Positions 40,215 to 52,659 of a stretch of DNA of 64,000 bases are shown here, piece by piece. Both the position numbers and the translations under genes were made by a program. The DNA is taken from the NCBI RefSeq assembly GCF_036365525.1, contig NC_090416.1, forward strand, positions 18,200,945 to 18,264,944, read 5' to 3'. The notes below the pieces were generated by a model, which was not told where the DNA came from, searched no databases, and saw only the letters and a program-made list of their open reading frames with translations. Positions within the stretch are counted from its first letter, which is position 1. Each line of letters opens with the position of its first letter. The DNA is from Heterodontus francisci (Eukaryota).

Positions 40215-42145
40215 AACTGAACTGGACCAGCTGCATAAATGCTGTGGCTACAAGCGCGTGTCAGAGACTGGGCATTCTGCAGCTAGTAACTCGCGTCCTA
40301 TCCACCAGCTCCAACTCACACATCTGACGTGTGACTGAATACTCTCCACTTGCCTGGATGGGTGTAGCTCCAAAACACTGAAGAAGCTCAACACCCTCCA
40401 GGACAAAGCAGCCCGCTTGATTGGCATTTGGTCCACCACCTTCGACATTCACTCCACCACTGACGCACAATGGCAGCAGTGTGTACCATCTACGAGATGA
40501 ACTGCAGCAACACGTCAAGGCTTCTTCCACAGCGCCTTCCAAACCCGTGACCTCTACCATCTAGAAGGACAAGAGCAGCAGATGCATAGCAACACCACCA
40601 CCTGCAAGTTCCCCTCCGAGTCACACACCATCCTGACTTGGAACTATATCGCCATTCCTTCATTGTCACTGGGTGAAAATCCTGCAACTTCCCTAACAGC
40701 ATTGTGGGTGTATCTACACCCCAAGGACTGCAAAGGTTCAAGAAGGCAGCTCACCACCACCATCTCCAGGGCAATTACGGATGGGTAATAAATGCTGTCT
40801 TAAACAGTGAAGCCCACAATCCCCCGAATGGGTTTCAAAAAACTAGCCGTGCCCCTAGCCAAGCTGTTCCAGTATAGCTACAACATTGGAATCTATCCCC
40901 TAATGTAGAAAATTCCCCAGGTATGTCCTATCCACAAAAAGCAGGATAAATCCAATCTTGCCAATTTCTGTCCCATCAACCTACTCTTGATCATCAGCAA
41001 AGTGATGGAAGGTGTCATCGACACTGCTATCAAGTGGCACTTAAACAGCAGTAACCTGCTCAGTTTGTGTTCCGGCAGGGCCACTTGGCTCTGGACCAAG
41101 TTACAGCCATTGGTCCAAACATCGACAAAAGAGCTGAACTCGTGAGGTGAGAGTGATTGCCCTTGATGTCAAGGTAGAATTTGACCCAATCTGGAATAAA
41201 CGAGCCCTAGCCAAACTGAAGTCAATGGGAATTGGTGGGGGGGGGGGGGAAACTCAGTTGGGTGGAGTCATACCTAGCGCAAAGGAAGATGGTTGTGGTT
41301 GTTGGATGCCAATCATCTCAGCTCCAGGACATCACTGCAGGAGTTCCTCAGGATAGTGTCCTGGGCCTAACCATCTTCAGCTGCTTCATCAGTGACCTTC
41401 CTTCCATCAGAAGAGGGGATCTTCAGTGATTATGTGACATTCAGCACCATTCACAACTCAGGAACGGAAGCAGTCCATGTCCAATACAGCAAGACCTGGA
41501 TAAGATTAAGGCTGATAAGTGGCAAGTAACATTTGTACCACACAAGTGCCAGAAGCTGACCTGGACCAGCCACGTAAATCCTGTGGCTACAAGAGCAGGT
41601 CAGAGGCTGGGAAATCCTGCGGCGAGTAACTCATGTCATGACTCCCCAAAGCCTGGCCACCATCTCCAAGGCACAAGTCAGGAATGTGATGGAATACTCT
41701 CCACTTGCCTGGATGAGTTTGACTCCAACAACACTCGGGAAGCTCGACACCAACCAGGACAAAGCAGCCTGCTGATCGCCACCCCATCTACCACCTTCAG
41801 TATTCACTCCCTCCACAGTGGCAGCAGTGTATAACATATGCAAGATGCACTGCAGCAATTAGTCACATCACCTTCAACAGCACCTTCCAAACTCTTCCAC
41901 CTAGAAGGACAAGGACAGCAGATGCATGGGAACACTCTATCCTGACTTGGAACTATATCGCCGTTCTTTTACTGTCACTGGGTCAAAATCCTGGAACTCC
42001 CTCCCTAACAGCACTGTGGGTGTACCTACACCACATGGACTGCAGTGGTTCAAGAAGGCAGCTCACCACCATCTCAAGGGCAGTTAGGGATGGGCAATAA
42101 ATGCTGTCCTGGCCAGTGACACCCACAACCCATGAAAGAATTTTT
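40215..42145 (+). mobile_element. Two tandem decayed CR1/L2-group LINE copies (40215-40830 and 40840-42145)
   Basis: WVESYLAQRKMVVVVG..GVPQDSVLGLTIF; shared 3' end ggttcaagaaggcagctcaccacc..gatgggcaataaatgctg; same family as 29625, 46035 and 55910. Confidence 0.8.
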
Positions 42146-42929
42146 TAAATCCTGTGCTGTTGCTTGCTGCAGTCCCTCTTTTTGTTTAAATGAGAGGAAG
42201 CTCCCCACTTGTGGCCCAATGGCTAAAAGGCATCACCTGTAGGTCAGCTCAGTAGATCCTGAGTTAGGCTGTCTCACTTGGGGACAGGCGCTTTTCTGTA
42301 ATGTATCAATCAACCAATTTACAGTGACCGAATAAGTCAAATTCTGCTTGTCAATTCGACAAAAAGGCATGACCGGAAACAGCTGTGACACTCGAACCTC
42401 CTCCAAGTGGCCATTCTTCGGGCATGAGCCCGAGGGTGTTGGCAGACCACCCGCCCATGGGCTGCATCATAGGTTGACCCGCAGGTGAAGTCTCATTTAT
42501 CGCTGATCCTGACTTGTCCCAATAACAGCGAGAGACAACCTGAGAAGGCCACAGACGCAGGGAGAGCTGCGAAGAAGGCAACAGGAGAGAAGTGTACAGA
42601 TAGTATTTTGTGCACAAGGTATACATTGCCCTGACCTTGAAAGAATTAAGTCTGCTCCGTCACTCCAGTGTTAAGCCTGGATGTGAATGTAATGGTACAG
42701 TACCTCTTGTGAGATAGCGAGAGGGGCCCAGCATTAAAACTCAGCAACTCCCATTGAAGGGCCTAGCGCTAATTTTATGATGTCCCCTTAGTCTTGTTTT
42801 CTCCAGAGAAATGTTTCTCCATATCTACTCTGTTGAATTTTATTTTTGAAAAACACTTCAGTCAGATCACCCCTCAATCTATGTGCGTTTTACAGAGAGA
42901 GTTGTTGGAAAATATGAATTCCACATCTC

Positions 42930-44607
42930 TAGAACTGCTATGCCTGTGCTGGGACGAGGGAGCAGTACCCCAGGATATGCACGATGCCAATATCATCACC
43001 CTCCATAAAAACAAAGGTGACCGCGGTGACTGCAACAACTACCGTGGAATATTTCCCTGCTCAGCATAGTGGGGAAAGTCTTTGCTTGAGTCGCTCTAAA
43101 CAGGCTCCAGAAGCTGGCCGAGCGCGTCTACCCTGAGGCACAGTGTGGCTTTCGTGCAGAGAGATCGACCGTTGACATTCTGTTCTCCTTTCGTCAGATG
43201 CAAGAGAAATGTCGTGAACAACAGATGCCCCTCTACATTGCTTTCATTGATCTCACCAAAGCCTTTGACCTCATCAGCAGACGTAGTCTCTTCAGACTAC
43301 TAGAAAAGATTGGATGCCCACCAAAGCAACTAAGCATCATCACCTCATTCCATGACAATATGAAAGGCACAATTCAACATGGTGGCTCCTCATCAGAGCC
43401 CTTTCCTATCCTAAGTGGCGTGAAACAGGGCTGTGTTCTCGCACCCACACTTTTTGGGATTTTCTTCTCCCTGCTGCTTTCACATGCGTTCAAGTCCTCT
43501 GAAGAAGGAATTTTCCTCCACACAAGATCATGGGGCAGGTTGTTCAACCTTGCCCGTCCAAGAGCGAAGTCCAAAGTACGGAAAGTCCTCATCAGGGAAC
43601 TCCTCTTTGCTGACGATGCTGCTTTAACATCTCACACTGAAGAGTGCCTGCAGAGTCTCATCGACAGGTTTGCGGCTGCCTGCAATGAATTTTGCCTAAC
43701 CATCAGCCTCAAGAAAACGAACATCATGGGGCAGGACGTCAGAAATGCTCCATCCATCAATATTGGCGACCGCACTCTGGAAGTGGTTCAAGAGTTCACC
43801 TACCCAGGCTCAACTATCACCAGTAACCTGTCTCTAGATGCAGAAATCAACAAGCGCATGGGAAAGGCTTCCACTGCTATGTCCAGACTGGCCAAGAGAG
43901 TGTGGGAAAATGGCGCACTGACACGGAACACAAAAGTCCGAGTGTATCAAACCTGTGTCCTCAGTACCTTGCTCTATGGCAGCAAGGCCTGGACAACGTA
44001 TGTCAGCCAAGAGCGACGTCTCAATTCATTCCATCTTCGCTGCCTCCGGAGAATCCTTGGTATTAGGTGACAGGACTGTATCTCCAACACGAAGCCCTCG
44101 AGGCAGCCAACATCCCCTGCTTATACACACTATTGAGTCAGCGGTGCTTGAGATGGCTTGGCCATGTGAGCAGCATGGAAGATGGCAGGATCCCCAAAGA
44201 CACATTGTACAGCGAGCTTGCCACTGGTATCAGACCCACCGGCCGTCCATGTCTCCGCTTTAAAGACGTCTGCAAACGTGACATGAAATCCTGTGACATT
44301 GATAACAAGTCGTGGGAGTCAGTTGCCAGCGTCCGCCAGAGCTGGTGGGCAGCCATAAAGGCGGGGCTAAAGTGTGGCAAGTCGAAGAGACTTAGTAGTT
44401 GGCAGGAAAAAGGAAAAAAGACTGAGGCGCAAGGGGAGAGCCAACTGTGTAACAGCCCTGACAAACAAATTTCTCTGCAGCACCTGTGGAAGAGCCTGTC
44501 ACTCTAGAATTGGCCTTTATAGCCACTCCAGGCACTGCTTCACAAACCACTGACCACCTCCAGGCGCTTATTCATTGTCTCTCGAGATAAGGAGGCCAAA
44601 GAAGAAG
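42930..44607 (+). mobile_element. RTE-clade LINE, 5'-truncated, lightly decayed
   Basis: ORF 43198-44070 AFIDLTKAFD..GVKQGCVLAPTLF..LLFADD (RT); C-terminal C2H2-like CSTCGRACHSRIGLYSH; gaagaag tail; a few stops and frameshifts. Confidence 0.92.
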
Positions 44608-44688
44608 TATAAATGGGTGGTTGATGGTCGGCACAGACCCGGTGGGCTGAAAGGCCTGTTTCAGTGCTGTATCTCTAAATAAATAAAC
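44608..44688 (+). mobile_element. 3' tail of a V-SINE/CR1 directly abutting the RTE
   Basis: tataaatgggtggttgatggtcggcacaga..ggcctgtttcagtgctgtatctctaaataaataaa equals the V-SINE tail seen at 5872-5955. Confidence 0.75.
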
Positions 44689-44799
44689 CCAGAGAGGTAG
44701 ATTTGAACAACTGCCACTACTCATTTTAAGAAGTTCTCGCTGATCTGCGTGGACTCCCAGTCCAGAAATACATCGAATTTAAAACTCTGGTTCAACATC

Positions 44800-45100
44800 C
44801 CTCTTTGGCTTCACCCCACATCCCTACAACCCTTTGCAATCTCTGCGCTCCTCCAATTCCAGCCTCATGTGCATCCCCGATTCCCATTGCTGCACCATTG
44901 GCAGCCGTGCCTTCAGCTGCCTGGGGCCCTAAGCTCTGGAATTCCTTCTCTAAACCTGTCAGGTTCTTTCTCCACCCTGCAGACGCTCCCTTAAAACCTA
45001 CCTCTTTGACCGAGCTTTTGGTCACCTGTCCTAATATCTCCTTGTGCGGCTCGGTGTCAATTTGCCTGATAATGCTAAGGATGCTATATCAATGAAAGTT
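44800..45100 (+). mobile_element. L2-type LINE 3' end
   Basis: tggcagccgtgccttcagctgcctggggccctaagctctggaattcc motif (PKLWNS). Confidence 0.65.
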
Positions 45101-46034
45101 GTTGCCTGCTTGAGAGCAACTAACTCAGTGCAGGCTGGGGGGGGTTGAACATCGGGCCTTACAGATCTTTATTTGCCTTAGCTGCCTGAGCAAGCAGGAG
45201 AGTCTTCGGCATTTTTGATCTGTAAGAGTGGGAAGAATAAACGCAGGTAAAAGTGGGGAATTCCCTCCAAACATTCCCTCCAAACGTACACGGGTAAAGC
45301 TGCAGGAAAAATCAGTCAGGGCCTCCATAATCTGCAAGCTGGAGCCCCAACCAGTTGCATTCCGCGGATACCTGGTTCCGTGTCCCAGACCGTGTACGGC
45401 ACATTCAGTCGCAAATGGATCACTCTGCAGTGGCTGTGACAAACAGATCGTTCTGTCTTCAACTCAGAGATCTGGAAGCACAGGAAAGATCACGAGGATT
45501 GTACTGTAACTTTTCGTCGAAAAAAAAATCCCTATGAAGAACTGCATTATATAGACCAGGAATCAGAGGCTTCCAGCACAGAGGGAGGCCATTTGGCCCA
45601 TTGCCCCTGTGCCGGCTCTTTGAAAGAGCTATCTCATTATCTTTCCCTGCAATCCAATGACCAAGTATTGATCCAGTTCCCTTTTGAAATTCCTTATTGT
45701 ATCTGCTTACATGGCACTTTCAAGCAGTGTATTCCAAATCTCAATACTTCACTGAGGGGAAGAAAAAAGTCTCCTTATCGCCCCTCTGGTTTTTTTTGCC
45801 AATGATATTAAGTCTCTGGTTACTGACACCCCTGCCTGTGAAATCAGTTTCTCCTGATTTACAGTACGTTTTTGAATGCCTCAGTGCATTGGAAGGAGAC
45901 AATTCCAACTTCTCCAGTCTTTCCCTGTAACTGAAGGCACTCATCCCTGGTACCATTCTAGTAAGTCTCTGCACCCTAAAGTGCGGTGACCTCCGGACGA
46001 GGTCTAAACAGCGGTTTGTAAAGATTGAGCACAC

Positions 46035-46725
46035 AAGTCAGGATGGTGTGTGGCTTGGAGGAGAACTTGCTGCCTGACCTTCTAGTTGGTAGAGGTCGTG
46101 GGTTTGGAAAGTGCTGTCGAAGGAGCCTTGGTGCGTTGCTGCAGTGCATCTTGTAGATGGTACACACTGCTGCCACTGTGTGTTGGTGGTGGAGGGAGTG
46201 AATGTTTGTGAATGGGGTGCCAATTAAGCGGGCTGCTTTGTCCTGGATGGTGTCGAGCTTGAGTGTTGTTGGAGCTTCACCCATCCAGGCAAGTGGAGAG
46301 TATTCCATCACACTCCTGACTTGTGCCTTGTAGATGGTGGACAGGCTTTGGGGAGTCAGGAGGTGAGTTACTTGCCGCAGAATTCCCGGCCTCTGACCTG
46401 CTCTTGTAGCCACAGTATTTATATGGCTACTGCAGTTCAGCTTCTGGTCAATGGTGACTCCTAGGACGTTGATAGTGGGGGATTCAGCGATGGTAATGCC
46501 ATTGAAAGTCAAGGGGAGATGGTTAGATTCTCTCTTGTTGGAGAAGGTCATTGCCTGGCATTTGTGTGTCGCAAATGTTACTTGCCACTTATCAGCCCAA
46601 GCCTGGATATTGTCCAAGTCTTGCTGCATATGGACGTGGACTGCTTCAGTATCTGAGGAGTCACAAATGCTGCTGAACATTGTGCAATCGTCAGCAAACA
46701 TCCCCACTTCTGACCTTATGATGGA
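46035..46725 (-). mobile_element. CR1/L2-group LINE RT C-terminal fragment
   Basis: SEVGMFADDCTMF..QQDLDNIQAWADKWQVTF..IYKAQVRSVMEY in ORF 45976-46899. Confidence 0.88.
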
Positions 46726-46822
46726 GCCACTGTCCGATCCTTGAGCTTCCAGGCCAACCCTAGAGGATTGGCAACCGTCGAACTGAATGAAAGCTGTAAA
46801 ATTGAGTTTCATCAATGAGGCA

Positions 46823-46858
46823 GGCAGTACTAGAATGACCCACCAGATGGCAGTGCCC
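46823..46858 (+). promoter_or_regulatory. Candidate CTCF site with upstream motif
   Basis: GCAGTACT-agaat-gac-CCACCAGATGGCAGTG: core consensus match plus the U-motif at typical spacing. Confidence 0.55.
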
Positions 46859-47189
46859 CTCAGCTGATTGCACCTCTCAGTCAGAGAATGGTACTGCACG
46901 GAAGCAGACTGTTTGGCCCATCGAGCCCATGCTAGCTCTCCACAAATCTACCCCAGTCTTCTCCACATGACTGAGGTCTTTCCTCCCTGCGACCATTCCA
47001 GCAAATCTCCCCTCCATCCTCTCCAAGGGCTTGTGAAATTGTCTGCAAAAAAGGTTCCTCATTTGAAGCCCCGCTGACTCGTGTTAACACCGCAGTAGGG
47101 ATTAGTTGGATGCGAATCGAGGTCCGTGTTTCACCCACAGGTTGATCGGGCAGATTTTATTTTTGCAGTTGTTGAAAGGTGATTAAACG

Positions 47190-47600
47190 TCCCAGACCTG
47201 TTGGGCTGACGTCACGCAGGCCAGCGTTAGGGGTGCTGCAAAGCGGCCTCTCACTTTCTCTGGGCAGGGCAGGGCAGGGCAGGGGGAAATGAGAAATCGG
47301 CCAGGGCTCCCGCTCCTGACCATGCAGGGGGTGGGGGGGGAAAACGAGGGTAGACTGGGGCTGCGGTGCCCGCCGGAGGTCGGATAGCCTGCCAAATGGA
47401 AACCGTACACTTTGTCACAGGCAGGGGGACAGACCGCAGGGCCTCGTGGTTGTGTAACGAGCTGTGGGAACGGGCTAATCCCTGCCGCTGAGCAACCCCC
47501 CTCGCTGCCTTTCTCTGGAGGGGAAGGGAAGGAGAGGGAAACAGCCCTGAACCGCAGCTCAGGCTGCACCACATGGCCAAACGGACAAGCCCTGAGTAAA
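47190..47600. promoter_or_regulatory. GC-rich non-repeat island upstream of NPR1 (candidate promoter/enhancer)
   Basis: CRE TGACGTCA 47207-47214, (GGGCA)4 G4-type tract ~47262-47286, elevated CpG. Confidence 0.4.
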
Positions 47601-48617
47601 GTGCAGGCTGGTTGACTAGTCAACACTCTAGAAGTATCTGTGTTGAACTATAGAATAGATTCATAGAATGATACAAAACAGGAGGAAGCCATTCAGCCCA
47701 CGTGCCTGTGCTAGCCCTTTGGAAGTGCTATCCAATTAGTCCCCACCCACCCACCCCCCCCCCCCCACTCCGCTCTTTCCCCGCAGTCCTGCAATTTTTT
47801 TTCTCTTTCAGGTATTTACCCAGTTCCCTTTTGAAAGTTAATATTGGATCTCCCATCGTCCTTTCGGCCACTGCATTTCCGATCATAATATCGTGCTGTC
47901 AGCTCCCCCTCTGCTTCTTTTGCCAGTGACCTTTCTATCTGTACCCTCCTGTTGCTGACCCTCCTGCCCGTGAAGGTGCGGCATCGAGATGCAGGCTGTT
48001 GAGTAATTGACGGGCAGCAGTTTAAGGGTTAATCCTCAGTGTTGGCAGGACCTCCGTATTCTCTGTATCAGACTCTGGGAGTTCAGAAGCTGTATTAATC
48101 ACTCTGCCGTGTGTGGAGAGGAGGGTCTGCACTGGCACTGAAAGAGTTAAAAGCGCTCAGTCCCGTTTAAGGTCCACATGCTGTCACTCAGACCTCCCTC
48201 TCTGTCTCTTCCTCCCCCCCTCCCCATCTCATTCCAAACATCTCCCGGCAATCGCAGTCGAGCGAGTTCAGTGACACTGAACCCAACATTATCCGGGGAG
48301 ATTGAACCAGAGAGGAAAATTTCTAAAACCTAGGCACTATAATTCTACAGACATTTCTGCAGTAAAACCGAGGGGATGATTTGCATGGGAGCAGCATCTT
48401 GCTGTAAGTGAGGAACAAACAGCTTCACACAGGAGGTGGGGGTGTGCTTGAAAAGGTTTGGCTGGTGGAATGAGAAAGAGAGTTACAGCCACAGTGGATT
48501 TAAAGAGAGAGGAACCAGCTTTCGGGGGGCAAACCGCTGATTGATTACAACTCCGGTCACCAAACCCTCCAAATCATTGCGTATCCTTCTCCAAAAAGAA
48601 AATCAGTTGAAGTTAGC

Positions 48618-49382
48618 AGAGGAGAGCGAGAGGACGTACAAGAGAGGAGTGTGTGTGAGGAGTGGAGAGAGAGGAAGAGAGGTGAGGGAGAGTGTGAGAG
48701 ACAGGAGGAGGAGTGTCTGAGAGGAGAGAGGGAGAGTGTGAGACTGGAGAGGAGGAGAGTGTGAGAGGGAGTGTGGGAGTGGGAGGAGGGAGGGTGTGTG
48801 TGACAGGAGTGGAGGAGAGTGTGTGTGAGACAGGAGAGGGGAAGATTGTGAGAGGGAGTGTGGGAGGAGGGAGGGTGTGTGAGACAGGAGAGGGGAATAT
48901 TGAGAGGAGGGAGGGAGTGTGTGTGTGACAGGAGAAGAGGAGAGGGGGGAGTGTGTAAGAGGGGAGAGGGAGTGTTTTTGTGACAGGACAGGAGGAGAGT
49001 GTGAGAGGGAGGAGGGAATGTGTGTGTGACAGGAGAGGAGGAGAGTGAGAGGGAGGAGGGGGTGTGTGTGTGACAGGAGAGGAGAGTGTGAGAGGGGAGT
49101 GTGTGTGTGACAGGAGAGTGAGAGGGAAGAGGGGAGTGTGTGTTGACAGGAGAGGAGGGAGAGTGTGAGAGAGGAGAGGGGAGTGTGTGTGACAGGAGAG
49201 GAGGGAGAGTGTGTGACAGGAGAGGAGGGAGAGTGTGAGAGAGGAGAGGAGGGAGAGTGTGAGAGAGGAGAGGAGGGAGAGTGTGAGAGAGGAGAGGAGG
49301 AGAGTGAGAGAGGAGAGGGGAGTGTGTGTGAGAGAGGAGAGGGGAGTGTGTGCGAGAGAGGAGAGGGGAGTGTGTGTGTGGG
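48618..49382 (+). repeat. GA/GT-rich low-complexity tract (degenerate gtgtgacaggagaggagggaga units) upstream of the NPR1 ATG
   Basis: ~760 nt strongly purine-rich on the plus strand; explains spurious ORFs 48603-49569. Confidence 0.9.
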
Positions 49383-49489
49383 ATGACTTGGTTGGGATGA
49401 ACACTGTCCTTGGGGACACACTGACCCAGACTGGTGTCAGTCTGGCTTGGAGTTCCTCTTGCGGGATAGCAGAGGGAACAGACAGGACC

Positions 49490-50183
49490 ATGAAGCAGGG
49501 GTGGTTTCTCTGGACTCTCTGCGGCCTCTTCTGCCTGGCGGGTGCCTCAGGGCCGGAGCCACTGACCATCGCAGTGGTCCTCCCTCAGAACAACACGGCC
49601 TACCCGTGGGCCTGGCAGAGAGTGGGACCAGCTGTCCGTCTGGCCAGGGACAACATCAACAAGCAGCCTGGCCTTCTGACCAGCCACCACCTACACTACG
49701 TGTTTGGGAACTGCGAGGACGAACACGGCACCTGCTCCGAGTCCATCGCCCCCTTGGTGGCCGTGGACCTCAAGTTTGCCAACAACCCCGACGTCTTCGT
49801 AGGGCCTGGGTGCGTCTACACGGCAGCGCCCGTGGCCCGCTTCACTGGGCACTGGAAGGTGCCCATGCTGACAGCTGGTGCACCAGCCTACGGCTTCTCC
49901 TCCAGGTCCCACAACTACCCACTCATGACCAGGACTGGCCCCTCTCATGGCAAACTGGGTGAGTACGTGGCCCTCATCCACCGCCACTTCAACTGGACCA
50001 AGCAAGCCCTGATGATCTACAATGATGAGAAGACAGACGATAGACCCTGCTACTTTGCGGTTGAGGGTCTGTATCAGGAAGTACCCAAGTTCAAGAACCT
50101 GACAGTCATCGACATTCCCTTCAAGGAGAGCGGATCCATTGACTACACCTTCCTGATCCAGGAGATCAGGCAGAAAGGACGGA
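49490..50183 (+). CDS. NPR1: Natriuretic peptide receptor 1 (GC-A type) exon 1
   Basis: accATG; signal peptide MKQGWFLWTLCGLFCLAGASG, then LTIAVVLP..YPWAWQRVGPAV..CSE..AVDLK..GPGCVY..HWKVPMLTAGA..RPCYFAVEGL; donor A|GTGAGT, 694 nt; adjacency to ILF2 supports NPR1 over NPR2. Confidence 0.9.
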
Positions 50184-50534
50184 GTGAGTACAACAGTCTG
50201 TCTTTTCTTTGCAAAAATCATTCAGTGGAAAGCGAGCTCATTGGGCCCACCGTGTCGGTACTGGCTATTTTGGAAGAGTTATTTAATTAGCCCCGCACGC
50301 ATCCATTTCACCGTTTGAAAGTTGTTGAATCTGCTTCCGCTGGTCTTTCAGACAGCGCGTTCCAGATCATAACAGCTCCCTGCGTAATCTTCTTTCCTGG
50401 TATCAGCTCTGCTTTTTATCAGGAACCAGATCGGGGTTGTTCTACGAAGATTGTGAAAGTGTAATTGTATTTTTTTGTGGGGGGAGGGCTATCAGATACA
50501 CTAATGACCTTTTTCTCAAATCGGGGCACAGACC

Positions 50535-50815
50535 TAGACTTACACAGAGCACAGAAACAGGCCGTTCGGCCCATCTGCTCTGTGCTGGTGTTTCTGCTCC
50601 ACACAAGCCTCCTCCCATCCCTTCTTCATCTCCCCCTATCCCCATATCCTTCTATCCCTTTCTCCCTCGTGTGTTTATCCAGCTTCCCCTTAAATGTATC
50701 TCTGCTATTCCCCCTCAACCACTCCCTGTGGTAGCGAGTTCCACATTCTCACCATCTCTCTGGGTGAAGAGGTTTCTCCTGAATTCCCCACTGGATTTAT
50801 TAGAGACTGTCCTAT
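50535..50815 (-). mobile_element. CR1 3' tail fragment, near-identical to 58000-58260
   Basis: Shared cggcccatctgctctgtgctggtgtttctgctccac...cccca(c/t)tggatttattag. Confidence 0.7.
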
Positions 50816-51848
50816 ATTTAATAGTCCGACCCCATTTTAAAACCTGTTTATGTTTCCTATCTGCCATTTCTTGCTCTGTTTAATAACCATTTTAATGGGG
50901 GACAGAGAGGGAGAACAATCACTTGTTTCCCACCTCACATCTCCCTCCTGTTATTGTGTCTGTGTCGAGGTGAGGATCAGTCTGCTGGGAGGGAGCAGAG
51001 TGGATGTGATCTGATCCAGTGACTTTTCATATAAGATCAGAGAGCACGAGGAATTGGTTTTAAACCCCTCAGTCAATCAATAGCGAGTGATTTACCTCCT
51101 CATTTCGAAAACATCCCATCGTTTCAATAATGAAAAAAAACACCTCTTCAGGTGTGTTCACTTTGTTCACTGTCGATTCTGTAAATTGAATGAAATAAAT
51201 CTGTGGTAAAGCTCTCTATTAATCTGCAGGCTCCGTAATATCGCAGCAGTACATCAAACGGCACACGATCCTGCCCAAAGTAAAATGTAATTCTTTCAAT
51301 TTGAATTTATCTCGGTGTCACAAAGGTTGTTGTTAAATTCTGACGTGCGGCGATGAGCACGGTAAGTGGGAGTACATTCAAAGTGAGCAGGCACCGGAAT
51401 GTGTATAAACAGAGGGTCGTAAGTCATCACAAGCCTACGCACAGGGACTATAAACACAAGGTAACACTACTACAGTTACACAGAACGCCAGAGAGGGCTC
51501 CTTTCCAGTTCCGTATCCAGTTCAGGGGGGGGGCTTCCACCCTCAGGAAGGAGGTTGTAGCCTTTACTGATACACCAGGAATGTACCTGGGATGGAATGG
51601 TGGAACAAAGTGCCTTTATAGATGACGGCTGTGGTTTCCGAGACTGGTTTCAATCGCCTGAGGAGAGGGATGTTCCTCCGATTCCGGCCTCTCCCGATTC
51701 CCATCGCTCCACCATCAGCGGCCGTGCCTTCAGCTGCCTGGGGTCCTAAGCTCTGGAATTCTCTCCCTAAACCTCTCCGCCTTTGTCTCTCTCTCCTCCT
51801 TTAAGACACTCCTTAAAACCGACATCTTTGACTGTGCTTTTGGTCACC

Positions 51849-52659
51849 TACTGAGGGAGCGCCGCACTGTCGGAGGGTCAGTACTGAGGGAGCGCCGCAC
51901 TGTCGGAGGGTCAGTACTGAGGGACTGCCGCACTGTCGGAGGGTCAGTACTGAGGGAGCTCCGCACTGTCGGAGGGTCAGTACTGAGGGAGCGCCGCACT
52001 GTTGGAGGGTCAGTACTGAGGGAGCGCCGCACTGTCGGAGGGTCAGTACTGAGGGAGTGCCGCACTGTCGGAGGGTCAGTACTGAGGGAGTGCCGCACTG
52101 TCGGAGGGTCAGTACTGAGGGAGCTCCGCACTGTCGGAGGGTCAGTACTGAGGGAGCTCCGCACTGTCGGAGGGTCAGTACTGAGGGAGTGCCGCACTGT
52201 CGGAGAGTCAGTACTGAGGGAGCTCCGCACTGTCGGAGGGTCAGTACTGAGGGAGCGCCGCACTGTCGGAGGGTCAGTACTGAGGGAGCGCCACACTGTC
52301 GGAGGGTCAGTACTGAGGGAGCGCCGCACTGTCGGAGGGTCAGTACTGAGGGAGTGCCGCACTGTCGGAGGGTCAGTACTGAGGGAGTGCCGCACCGTCG
52401 GAGGGTCAGTATTGAGGGAGTGCCGCACTATCGGAGGGTCAGTACTGAGGGAGTGCTGCACTGTCGGAGGGTCAGTACTGAGGGAGTGCTGCACTGTCGG
52501 AGGGTCAGTACTGCGGGAGCGCTGCACTGTCGGAGGGTCAGTACTGAGGGAGTGCAGCACTGTCGGAGGGTCAGTACTGAGGGAGTGCCGCACCGTCGGA
52601 GGGTCAGTACTGAGGGAGTGCCGCACTGTCGGAGGTTCCATCTTTCAGATGAGCTTTAA
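51849..52659 (+). repeat. 33-bp SINE-derived minisatellite array 1 (~24 copies)
   Basis: Unit cagtactgagggag(t/c)gc(c/t)gcactgtcggagggt, ending in SINE body ttccatctttcagatgagctttaa. Confidence 0.97.

Noticed and set aside
43198-44070. 290-aa reverse transcriptase ORF as a domesticated gene or retron-like system
   Set aside because: Flanked by stops and frameshifts of the same RTE ORF, 5'-truncated, with an ordinary LINE tail
47581-47594. Possible right TIR (ggacaagccctg) pairing with the hAT-like end at 39876
   Set aside because: Several mismatches and no matching 8-bp TSD
48603-49569. Ser/Pro/His/Leu-rich and Glu/Arg-rich ORFs
   Set aside because: Translations of the GA-rich low-complexity tract; the NPR1 N-terminus is best placed at the signal-peptide Met 49490
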